DNA from: Octopus sinensis
Lineage: Eukaryota
Assembly: GCF_006345805.1 (NCBI RefSeq)
Contig: NW_021832415.1
Span: 1-64,000 of the forward strand
Reading direction: 5' to 3'
Length of the DNA: 64,000 bases
A model generated the notes under the pieces. That model ran no database searches, was not told the DNA's origin, and was given only the letters and a program-made list of their open reading frames with translations. Of the stretch, positions 12,121-24,229 are shown in pieces. Within the stretch, counting starts at the first letter, position 1. Every line of letters starts with the position of its first letter. Made by a program: the position numbers and the translations under genes.

Positions 12121-14417
12121 AAACTGATTCCCGTTATGTTTATATCTATGGAGTACGCCTCATCTATTACAGAATCAAACTTCTAATGAACACTTTGATT
12201 AAACTACGGAGAGAGATAATGACTTATTAGAGTCAATGTTATGACAAGTCCACTATGCCGAGTTTTCTTGCTCACATAATCTCCCCATTTTTCCGATATC
12301 GACACTTCTCATTTACATAAAAAACAGATTCCAATAAGGAGTTGGTCATAGTTTGTGTGATCAACGTGGATGTGCTATTCTGGGTAAGGAGTGGTCTAGT
12401 TGACAGTCTTGGACAGTCAAGGAGTTCGATCCTGACAAAATCTCGCCAAAAAACCAAAATTTCGTTCAGTCTTGGATTCACAAACGAAAGCTTTATTTAG
12501 TTTTGGACAGGTAATTAAAAGGAAATATGACTTGTATGTCACTATTCATGTCAATATAAATAAAAACAAACAGAAAAAACATTAGTGGGAGCAGAGAAGA
12601 TATAGCACCTGAAAAACTACGTTACCCGGTTTGGACATGGGATTGACAACTCAAGCCAAATTTGATCGACAACCCAAAAGTAGAGAAAAGTGAACGAATT
12701 GGATGATGGAGAGAAGTAATACCATGTTGGCTATTGGCGCTGAAAGATTTTGTGTTTATCTTTTTCAAATGTTCGGATATTTTCTATTCCGTGATTATTA
12801 TCTAAAAAGTGTTGTTCACTTATAGCAGACAGGAGCTTTTTAATTTTCTGTAATTTGAATTGACTTGGACACTCGACCATCACTTTTGGCTAGAAATGGA
12901 GATGGCTAGTACACTTTTCTCAAGCTGATATTCATGTTTATCTTCTTTTAGAGAGATCAAGAAAAGGAAAATTTTGTCATTGTCTTTGATAATTTTCCTA
13001 ATTCAAGATTCGGAAACGTTATCTGTTTAAAATATCCTGTTTGTTAGTTTCGACAGTATCAGTTGTGATTTTTGTATCAACTCTTATTCGAATAAACTCT
13101 TAGGCCTCTGATTGGACTGAGTTGTTCAAAATCAAAACATTTTTAAATTAGGAAGAAATATTTTGTGTTTTAGTTTCTTTTAATGATTAACTTATCTAAA
13201 ATTTCATCATTTTTGTGATAATTAATTTCTTTTATCTGTCTATTTTACTTATTTTGATTTTTGATTTTATTCCTTTAATCTGTACATATAAGCCTTTAGT
13301 CTCCGTATGACCCGTGCTTTGCAAACAGTTTGTGAGCCACTTGGATTTGTATACGTCGCCAAATAGACCAGCAATTTTTTGATAGAAATCTCGTGCATTT
13401 TAATGGAAATTTTGTTTTTTCTTTTTCAAAATATGATTTTCCAGAACGGCCAAGCACACTACAATCATTTGCATTCAAAGATAATTTTTGCATTTTTGAA
13501 AATTTGAAAAAAAATTTTGATATCGGAGACTAAATTAAATATAAAACAGGATACAATGAATTGTAGCTCCTGACGACAACACCATTAACGACAACCAATT
13601 TAAATAATAAATAATCAATGTAGGATTGTATTTCAACACTTTTTATGAAAGATCTGAGTCTTATAAAAGTCTAATAAACATGGTTGTTGTTTCATAGATC
13701 TAGTCATTTAAATCAACAGCGTCTTTTCGGGTTGTTCCTAAAAAACCTCTGGAGAGTAAATATCAATTTTAGCTTACAAGGAAAAGCATTTTGGAAAGAT
13801 GGAAGTTTATTGAGAACGTGGATAACCTCTAATTTCAAATTTAAAGAACATGTTTCATAAATTAAAACAAAAATATATCTAAAAATAACCAATATCAACC
13901 TAACCACAAATATAATCCAATTTTTTGTCTATATAATAAATCGTAGTTCATTTGACAATTTCTAATGAACTATAAAGTAACAAATGTGCGAGACAAGAAT
14001 GGGACTGTCTATCAAGTTACACAAACTGCCAATAACAAACGGTATGTCGAGAAAATCGTATTGCCGCCTCTCCACAGTTATTTCCAAAAGAATCACCACC
14101 AAAACTCTAACGATCCCTTTAATAATGGTAGATATGCATATATGAAGTAAATTAAATTAACTTTTATTAACCAATTTCGTTATATCTTTTAATCTTATTA
14201 ACATCAAATTAATTTGTTTTTTAATTTTAGTATAAAATATTTTACAAATATGTCCTTGTGGGGTATATCTGGATTGTCATAATCCATATTCTTAATTTGT
14301 ACATTATTTAGTTAAAATAGAAACCAATTTTTAAAAAGAAAACCAATTCCAATATATTCTTTATTAGTCAAAAAAATTATTTAATATTTCTGTCTATTAT
14401 GAAATATCCCACAACAA

Positions 14418-15830
14418 TCAGCCTAACACACCAAAAAGTTGATTATGTCGACAAATGGCAGGCCCATGTTCCAAATAATCAGCACGAGTGTGCACCACCT
14501 TCTTAAATTCAGGCTAAACCTCAAAAAAACACCCAAAAAACCGTCGAGGCCATCATCGAACACCCAAAAAACACAGCAAACATTTGTTTGGAATGAGCAT
14601 TGACCACAACCTCCATCAATTTCCCCTAAAAAATCAACAAATATAAACAACCCCTTGTTCCCGCGCTCCCACATGTTTTTTCAAGTCCTGTTCAACTCGT
14701 CGGTGAAGATTAGGATAACACGTCGACCCCCCACTAAAAACTATATTCTAAAAAAATCAATAAGCGCGGGAAAAAACCTTAAAAAGTCCTCTACGGACAT
14801 CGATAGGGCAGTCCATGACTGAGGAGAGATGAGTTTGTCCAAAGACGTGTTGAACTCAGAATTGAAGAGATCAGGTTGGAAGAGGAGTTCAGGGGCCATG
14901 AACCGTTCATAGGCCATGTTGAATTCGAATGGCTTGTTGGTGACGGGATGAGCCCCTTTGAATATTTTGAGTATTTTTTCAGGCGTGGATTCAAATTTGT
15001 CAAATTCATTGACAATATTTTTGCAGACATAGCAGTGTTGTTCCTGTCATTTATCAGTTTTATTTACTTTGATTATTTTGGCTACGTCGTAAACTGATTC
15101 TGGGGGGATTCCATTTTCTCTGTCGCGGATTAGTTGTTGAGTGAAGGCTGTCATTTCCGTCCCCGCAATCGGGACATATTTCATAGCAGTCCCAATCGCG
15201 TAACAATCAGCCTAAAATATTCCTATTTTTTGTACAATTGGAATTATATGAGTCAATCCATGCCCAGAATCGACCACAATTCCTGTAGTTGGCCTATCTT
15301 TTGAGTCCCGATTGACCCAGGAAGCCATCAAGGCCATCACAGCCTGAGTTCCAATATACATTCCACGCACACCAAAATTCTCAAACATTAATTCTGCTAA
15401 GAATTCTCTGTTCTCAGGAGTATTTAAGGGTGGTTCGGTCTATTTAATGATGACTTAATCACCAAAAAGAATAGATGGTTGGTGGGGTCTACTCCAAGGA
15501 AGGAATATATCGACGAACTCATTAGTTTCTCATAGAGTGTGTAGTCGTGGATTATTCCGTGTTTCATCGGGGACTACGTGATGGTTTATAACTACTTTTT
15601 GTGTTAGGCTTGCATGTGCATATATGTCGTCTCCTATTGCGTAGTCGAGGTCTTGCAGCACTTTGGGGACTACGCCCACTTTGCCCTTTCCTGTGCTCTC
15701 TTTTACTCCCACGTATGAGGGGATTGTGTACTGGGGGATCTCATGGCCGGCGAATCCCATTTTTGTCCGTCTAGATTATTTGTAGAATGTACCCTGTCCC
15801 GACATCGATAATACAAGGAAGAGTGTCCAT
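14418..15830 (-). CDS. ARP3: Actin-related protein 3, about 8 micro-introns; one apparent 1-nt deletion at ~14826
   Basis: [119 protein letters not shown]. Measured introns include 22, 22, 23, 24 and 23 nt. Confidence 0.95.
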
Positions 15831-16202
15831 TTATGAATAAATTAATTATCAATATTTATTAGTCTAGGTTTGCCAATATTAATTATATTTATACATTTAA
15901 ATTTTAAAATAAAAATACAGAATAAAAATAATAAAATATTAAAAATGACGTTTTTAAATAAATTCAGGTGGCAAAAGAAAATTAATAATTAAATGTTATT
16001 AGCATTAAAATTAATAAATAAATCATCTCTTTAATAAATATATCTTATTATTATAATTTATTATTTAAATATAAATATTAATATAATGACTCACTTTATT
16101 TAATACCGTTTGTTGTGGTGTGTTTACCATTATCCTAACATTACCAATTATAATACAAAAATAACCATTTTATCAACATTTTAGACCTAAAAACAGCATA
16201 AA

Positions 16203-17829
16203 ATGAATAAATACCCCAAAAAAGACGGTTTTCTTTACAAACCTAACCATAGAAGGAACCCCCCAGTACCCCGACTTTGACCCAGAATACACAGATGACT
16301 ACATCTTCCACGACAATGGATCAGACTCTGAAATATCCACAGGTAACTCCCACTGTCTCAACATATCAAGCAGAGAGAAACCCCCACAGGTCAGCAGAGA
16401 CAGACACGACTCGATTACTCTACGAAAATGAAAATAAATTGGCCCACGAGAACATTCTTCGGCAAAATTTGCTGGTAAAAATTGCCCAGAAGCAACAAGA
16501 CGGCAATTCCAACTCAGAAGAGACGTTTATTGTGTGCTAAAAGTTATTTTTTAGTGTTTCTTATACTTTAAATGAAAATGATTTGAGAAAGTCCATCAAT
16601 GAGGCCAAGAAGAAGAACTGTGGAGGTAATTTCCCCAAAGAATCTGTCTCCACAAGCCCGGATATGATTGTCTTGAGGGATGAAAGTACAATGGATGATA
16701 AAACAGGTTTATTATATATTAATTAGTCATTATTTGTTAATTAATAGTATAAATATACATTTAGTAAATTAATTAGTACTATTAAAACACTAATTAATTA
16801 TATGTATTACAAAACGAATATTGGTACCACAAGAACATATAACAAATAGTTAAATTTTCGCTCTATTTAATTTATATATTAAAATAATTTATTTAAATAA
16901 TATTATATGAATAAATATTTAGTTTAAATTAAATTAAAATATATTATATTAGATCTGGAATTACTTAGTCAGTCAAGTGTGTTAGTATATAACTTTCCAA
17001 ACACAGTCTGTGCAGATTATCTGAGGACATATTTCACAAAATATGGACAGGTTGGTTAAATAAGTCAATCCAGGTGGTGAGGGCACTCATTTTGGCGCGA
17101 AATTCGGAGAAGGAGTCCACCAAATTCGGCTTTGTCGAGTTTTCATTTCCCGCGTCTGCAAAAAAGTGTCTGGAAAGTGGAGATGAGTCACAAATTGAAG
17201 GATCAGTCCTCAAATTTGACCAGGTTAAAAAGAGCGGGAATAATTTAGCCAAGTCTCCACATCCTCAAAATGTTGAATTCTCAAAAAACCCCCCAAAAAC
17301 GGTCTCCTTCTCCCGCCAAAAAACGTTTGAATCCTCGAATAACCCCATCTATCAAATAGCAGTACCACAACGACCGAATTTGAATTGGAGTGACTCAGAT
17401 GACTCACTTTTTGGGAAAAACAGATTCAAACTTCCCGCCAAAAAACAAGAAAATAATTCCCGCCAAAATGATGAGTCCAAAATTCGGCGTTTCCCTGATT
17501 ATCAGTATTCCAGAAAGTCCCCTCCTCGTCGATATTCCCGCCAAAAACAACATACTCCCAATCGTCATGACAACCGTCGGCACATCAAAGAAAGGGGAGG
17601 TCACCATGGTTACCTGAGAGAAGAAGAAAGGCGACTTGAAAGAGAACGGGAGGCATTGAAACGAGAGAGAGAAAAGTTAGAGAGAGAACGAGCAGAATTA
17701 GCCAAGAGAATATATGTAAGTCGACGAGAAGTCCACTACGAGAAGAGGCACCCGCATGTGGGGTCAGTCAAACGAGGGTGGACAGACTGGGGGAATAACC
17801 GAGGTGATTCATCACGACAATATGTTTGA
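16203..17829 (+). CDS. RRM protein with an R/E-rich coiled coil, SAFB/SLTM-like; 5' exons tentative
   Basis: Spliced RRM: SVLVYNFP...FTKYGQ/VVRALIL...KFGFVEF...AKKCL..EGSVLKFDQVK (23-nt intron), followed by RRLEREREALKREREKLERERAEL. Upstream exons were joined by eye through GT-AG micro-introns. Confidence 0.68.
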
Positions 17830-17994
17830 ATATTCAACACCTGATATATCAATTATTAGTCCATCAGACATTCCGGTGATTCATTCAGATTGCACTCTGA
17901 TCGACATTACTCTCGGCGATATTGACATTCGGCATAATTACTTGTTAACTTAAATAAAATGATTAATAATATGTTAATATAGATCTAATAAGGA

Positions 17995-18380
17995 TAATTT
18001 AGTCACGACAACATTCTCACCAGAAGGGGGCTACATTAAATAGAATACTCCATGAAGGCAATCAGAAGTCATCCTCATGCATAGGAATATACTGCCTAGA
18101 ATAAATCAGAGTAGAGAGCAGTACATTCTCTTCTCGACGTCCAGAGAAAATATACAAACTACACGAGTTACATTAATAAAGCATAACACAGTGACATGAG
18201 AAAGCTGTGGCAACAACTTTGGATGCGAATGTTTTGATCGAAGAACTCCGAAGAATATCAAAAGAGTATTCAATCACATTTATCAAGTCATTTTATTCGG
18301 TTTCGGGAACCCATTTTATGTGATAAGTTGATCCTCTCTCTTTGTGAGATCAACCTCAGTCACGCTTTGTACGGAGGTGG
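17995..18380 (+). pseudogene. PSMA4: Proteasome alpha-3 subunit (PSMA4-like) fragment with stops and frameshifts
   Basis: TTTFSPEG, LH*IEYSMKAI, PEKIYKLHE, LDANVLIEELRRIS and REPILCDKLILSLCEI...YGG. Confidence 0.78.
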
Positions 18381-18676
18381 AATATTCTCATCAGAATAAT
18401 ATTCATGTTCGTTTTTTTAGCAGTCAGGAGAGAGAGACCTTGATTGCTAAGGAAGCTGCTCTTCTTGAGGGTACCAAAGCTTAATTTTCTTGTTTCTTTG
18501 GTCATTTTCCCAAATATATTCCAATTTCAGTATTTATAAACTGGTTTACTCAGATGTAAACTCATTTGCTTTTATTGTTTATCTTCTTTGAAATGGAGGA
18601 TCTCTGGACGAGTGATAATACCCATCGTGTTTGTACATGACTGACTGACATTAGTAGAATAACGTATTTGTTGGTG

Positions 18677-18715
18677 TATATGTTACGGGGAAAGTCATTA
18701 ATCCGGGCAATTACC
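18677..18715 (-). repeat. 39-bp terminal-inverted-repeat-like sequence (right partner of 8761-8799)
   Basis: Reverse complement is GGTAATTGCCCGGATTAATGACTTTCCCCGTAACATATA. Confidence 0.8.
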
Positions 18716-18914
18716 ATAATGAACTTGAATTCTCAATTTTTTAATTTCTGAAATTTGTAATACGTCATAACGAAATAGACATTGTTATTTTCTTGGAGTT
18801 TTTTTAGATAGTTTTTTTATTTCCTTTATTTTCTGTAAAAAATTCTAATATTAAGTAATATTAAAAACTTGATTTTTTCGAGTAGATTTTTAAAATTTCA
18901 AGTTTTCAGTTTAA

Positions 18915-19995
18915 ATTAGCATTAATGCCTGAGAATTAACATAATCTCCTAAAACAAGTTGAGCACAAAAAATGCTCATAATCATGGCCCCTTTGAGGAT
19001 CATGAGATAAAAAGCATGAAACTAGTTTCTGACCTGAAAGATTCCGCAAAGGCGTCAGAAGACAGAACTATGAATGTGGTGTCAAGAAGCCTCATTGGAG
19101 CCAATGTTGACGTCATTAAAATCTTGCCAAAGGAACGTTCATTGACTCGTCTCGTTCAACGGGAAAGAGAAACACTGATACAAATTTTGTTCCGACCATT
19201 CCTGAAATTCCTGAAAGTTTGTGGTATAATGATCGGGGCGAAATTTTTTATCGCAGGATTCTGGAATTAATGATGTAAATCGTTACGTCATTTTTTGTTC
19301 GGATTATCAGATTGACATTTTGAAAAAAATCAGATGTCTGGGTTATTGATGGTACCTTTAAAAGCGTGCCTAATCAATTCGAACAAATGATTACAATACA
19401 AGGAAATACTTAGGTAAATTCTGGCCTCTTGCGCACGCTCTTTTGCTCAACAAAACAGAAAATTCCTACTGTGCATTATTTGAAGAAATAAAGACACTTG
19501 TTGTTACTTCACCAGCAGGTATTTTAATTGATTTTGAAAAGGGGTAATTAATCCACAAAATCAGTTTTTTCGTCGTCTATGTATTTGGCTGCAATTTCCA
19601 TTTCGGCCAAATCATATGGCGGAAAATACAATGTCTTGGTCTTGTGGGAGCCTACAAAGACGTTTCATCGTGGGAACGAAAATTATTGAGAAAATGCTAC
19701 CATTTAGCTTTCATCCCTGTGGAAAATGTTTTAATGGAATTTGAAAATTTTCTCTTGATGCGACAAAAAAGAAAACAACCAACAGATAATGAATTTTTTG
19801 GTTTATTTTCAAAACCAATTTATTGCTGACCCATCTTATGACGTCAGTTTTTGGAGTTGTTTTTATCGAATATTAAAGTCAATGCCCAGGACGACCAATT
19901 CATTGGAGGGTTGGCATAAGCTGTTGAACAGTTCTTTTAACAGAGCGCACCCAAATATTTTTCTTCGTAGACGAGTTGTCGCTCAACGGTTTCTT
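18915..19995 (+). mobile_element. MULE/MuDR transposase, degraded
   Basis: HNH, DGTFKSVPNQFEQMITIQG, ILIDFE, GCNFHFGQIIWRKIQ and MPRTTNSLEGWH are read across several frames. Confidence 0.9.
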
Positions 19996-20770
19996 TCAAT
20001 CTGACGAATCAATTCTTTTTACAACTCAATCTTTTGTGCCAGAATTAGCATTTGACTGGAATCCCGTCCACAGTCACATCTCTCTCATCCTGTTAGATAT
20101 TTGCTATTGAAATTTTAATTTATCTTTTTGGGAATCAGAAATAGTTGTATTAAAGATCATCTCGTGATAATCTAATTTACAGTATCTAAAAAAATTATTT
20201 TCATTATTTAAGGATTTAAAATATTCAAATTTGGCGTCATTTAAGTCCCACGAGATTTAATTTTACTTGACTCTGTGGATTGTGGATTTGGCCATAATTG
20301 ATAAATAGCTGACATAAAAATTAAGGGCCAGTTGTAGGCAATGTAAGTCGTTCATATTTATTTTCTTCTCTTGTCTAGAAATTTCTGGAACTGGTTTTTA
20401 ACAATTATCGATAATGTTTCGTACCAGTTCGGAATTTCGTCTATCAAATTCACGCTAAGGGCCGCCTTGAACGTTAATCTCCTTGTTTTCTCAACTAATT
20501 TGATGATTCTTGTTTTAGAAGAGGACAAGGTTTGCCCTCACATACATCAACACAGGAAGAATAGCTGCCCGATAAATAAATAGCAGTCTCCGAAAGTAGA
20601 CGAAATTCAATTAGGCAGATAATAATTTGTGTACATTGTTTTTTCCTTAGGATAATTCATAGTTTCCCAACCTTAGACATATTTTGTGCGTTTCAAAGAA
20701 TTTTAAATATAAAAAAATAATTTAATTTATATGAACTTTTTTGAGATATTTATATATTCACATATTTATA

Positions 20771-22655
20771 TGTCACAGGCCACAACTGTTACTCCGCCAG
20801 ATATGTTACACTAAAAATTCATATAAATAGAAATATAAACTTTTAAAATTAAAAATTAATACAAAACATAACCTAATTGTTCGCAAAAATATGCTTTTCT
20901 GAATAGAAAAAATTTGGACTGAAACATGAATTTTTTCCCAAAAACCAACATACCGTGTAAAATATGAGTTTTAAATTATTTAGCAATCTATTTAATTTTG
21001 GCTTATCCATATCTTTTTTTTATTAAATAATTATTCTTTTTTTTTAATAAAAAAAATTTTAAAAGCCTCTTATTAGTTTAAAACGTTTTCTATCAAGGAA
21101 TCACAAAAAAGAGGATCATTCCCAATTTTAATAAGCGTGAAACATGTATTTTCTCATACATGTCACCTGTCTCACTTGTATTGTTACTACAAAATCGTCT
21201 TTTGCCACAATTGTGTATTTCACCATCTCTAATCCATCATAAAGTGGATATTGTCGTTTGTTAGCGTCATTATCTTGCCTAAATTACATGTTTATACATC
21301 CCAAATACCTTAAGATTACTATCTCTCCTACACTAAAAGTAGCCTCGTCATACTTCCATTTTCTTCTCTGAGCCATTTTATCAGCTGCCAACAGAATATT
21401 TACATACGCTTCATTCCTTTCCTCTTCCAAATATTCTATGTCATCATTTTGCAATAACAATGATTCTAGTTCCTCCTCTGATGTTTCAATAGGATATTTT
21501 ATGCCCATAAATAGATTAAATGGGACTTTTTTTGTGGTGGAATGGACAGTATTGTTATAATCAAAAACAATGTCTTTGATTATATCGCAATAGCGTCCAA
21601 AACATTCATCAGAGTAACTTTTAGATGAAATCCATCTTTTGATACTCTGATTTAGTCTAAAGAATAATGTTATCTTACAACCTTTCCACCTGTCCCTGTA
21701 CCCAAGGAGCCTTGGTCGTCCACGGACATGTTTAATTTTGTACTTTTCACATAAACGGGCGACATGGTCATTGCAAAATTCTTTACCATTGTCTGTATGC
21801 AAGATCAATGGTGGCCCAATATAATAAAAGATGTTCTGAAATAACGAAGCAATTTCATGAGCTCTTTTGGTAAAAGATAACTCAACTATCGCGAATTTCG
21901 AAAAAGAATCGACATTACAAGAATCTAATCTTTATATAGCCAAAAGTACCCAGTTATAAGAATCATTAATATCTGAATATCTCCTTAGGTCCACTAAATC
22001 GGCGATATACCGATCGCGACTCCGCCTTGCAATGATCGGCGTAACTGGGGGTTTAGTAGCCAATGATTTTTTTGACTAAAAAATTAATAAAAAAAACTTA
22101 AAACTGGCAAGGAATACATCGTTTTATGACACGATTGATCTCTGCACGTGATATTCCGTGGTATAAGCGCGCCAATTTTGAAAACAACCGGTCTCGACCA
22201 AAATGATTCAAATTATGTTCAGCCAATTGAAATAAACATTTATTATGCAAACTTCAATATATTTATCTTTAAGTTCAGCTTCATCGCTGCAGAAAAATCT
22301 TAATTTAAGTCCATCTTTAGTGATATATGGAGCTCCATCCAAAAAATCAAATTTATTTGCTAATTTCAGTAGTCTTGATCTTTGCATCCGCGAAAGCGTC
22401 CTGCTGACGAATACGAGCTCAGGATTGCTCTTAAGTTCCTTAAGTAATTCTAAGTCTTCCTTTGTTACTTGCACTAAACGCATTTTTAACGTGTATTTGT
22501 AATTTAAAAAAACATCAATATTTTTTAAAAATTTATAAGTTTTCTTTGATTTCATAGAAATATACCAAAGGATTCATGTTTTAAGTTTTTTCCAACTTGA
22601 CAATTTGATGTTGGTGTAAACATATCTGGCGGAGTAACAGTTGTGGCCGGTGACA
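20771..22655 (-). mobile_element. Ginger-type DNA transposon (TGT...ACA), ~40-bp TIRs, 6-bp TSD TTTATA, intron-containing integrase, now defective
   Basis: TIR TGTCACAGGCCACAACTGTTACTCCGCCAGATATG occurs at both ends, with TTTATA on both sides. Protein motifs: H..H.GRD..C..C zinc finger, YIADLVD, LHTDNGKEF, GQVER. Confidence 0.92.
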
Positions 22656-22879
22656 TTTATATATTCAAATTTTTAAACTTGAAAACTCGCTGACCAGCCA
22701 AGTGTTTTTGCATCAATTTGACAGTTTCTAAGATTTTCTACCAATACGGAGTGACAGACACTGTGTAAACCATTCGACACATCGAAACAGATGATAGTGG
22801 TCGATAAGCAGAATTCTGTGCTTTGGATACTAAAGAATTCAGTCGATAGATGTAGTTAGCACAGAACCGCCCCGGACGA

Positions 22880-23175
22880 AAACTCCACTGATTGTGAAAA
22901 AGTCAGTGATTCTTTTCTATATTCAATACTAGCCTGTTATAAATGATCTTCTTGTTTTCTTTAAAGTAGAACAAATTAGGCTTATATGCCTATAGCTTAA
23001 GACCTTTTCTTTATGTTTCTTAGGTTTTCGAACCATTCAAAATTCATTTTTTTCATGATTTGGAAACGTATACTTTCTACAGACTGGAATTGAAAAGGTT
23101 TGTAAGCAAAAACACCAAAAAATTCGGCGCATTTTTAAAACAGACCATTTGAATCTTGTCATACTCCGGGGCCGC
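22880..23175 (-). mobile_element. Jockey/I/CR1-like RT fragment
   Basis: LTNLFNSSL...VRKPKK...SY.HISL...KIIYNRL; nucleotide similarity to 35110-35300. Confidence 0.6.
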
Positions 23176-23179
23176 TAAA

Positions 23180-23500
23180 CGCAAATTTCATTTAGTTCAA
23201 GCAAAAGTGATAAAAGATTAATCAAAGGGAGGGCTAGCAGCCTGGCGGATTGCCAAACTGTTCCCCCTAATGACGGCGATCGAGAACCGTTGAAGAAGCC
23301 AGTCTACCTCGCGAGGATCGCGAGTGCGCATAGAGATTTTGACCCCGAGCTTGCGGAGGAATTTTTCCGTCTTTGGACCAAGAGCACCCGACGTCTCCAC
23401 CGCTATCGGCACCACGAAAAACTCATCCGAAGGGCAGAATATTTAAATAGCTTTAAATATTCAGCCTTCTTAGCAGCAGATTTAGTTTCCAGACACAAGA
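23180..23500 (-). mobile_element. CRE 3' fragment (RLE C-terminus)
   Basis: VPIAVETSGALGPKTEKFLRKLG...RDPREVDWLLQRFSIAVIRGN. No TSD was found. Confidence 0.85.
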
Positions 23501-24229
23501 AAAGGAGTATTTCCTCGAATTCGAACAGCCAGCCGCCCCACAGGTCATTTCTCGTGGCTAAGGTGGACTGAATTATCGAGTGCGTATTTATACTTGTATA
23601 TCTTCTCTGCCGGTTCGTAGTTCTCGAAGTAACTTATTAAAGTTCCCGATTTCGTGAAGAGAGTGGAAATCATCCTGACTTGTTCTGAAACGGCGGATTT
23701 CAATTTCTTTTTCCGTCCAACCTGCTTTTTGAGGACTTTCTCTACAATTTTTTTTTGCTGCTTTGTTCTCCTTTGCTTTTCATATTCCCTTCTCCTGTTT
23801 ATTGACTATAACCATATACGGAGACAGAGTTTACTGACTTTCTTCTCCCACGTTTCCTTATTTTTAATTGAAACAACAGGAAATTTGTATTATTATATAT
23901 TTATAATTAAATGGCGAGTACTTCCTCAACATGGATTCACCCCTTTTGAACTTCTGGATTAACAAAATTATATTACATCGAATTTCGAATTTTATAAGTA
24001 AATACGATTAACCCGAGTATTTTATAGTCACACGAAAATATGCTCAGTTTGCGCACAAGTGTTTATCTTTGGATTTATAATTTGCAAACTCCTCTTAGGT
24101 CTTTAGCTACCAAAGAATTCGAATCTGTGTTTATAGTGCATTATATCTTAAAGTTGCCAAGTTTTCCTCAGATAATCCTTTCTAAATTTAATTTAAGTGT
24201 CTTATTGGGTAGCTTACTCAATTTATGTA

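Noticed and set aside
12200-14150. Short ORFs between the IDH remnant and Arp3
   Set aside because: They may hide small micro-intron genes, but no spliced model gave a recognisable product.
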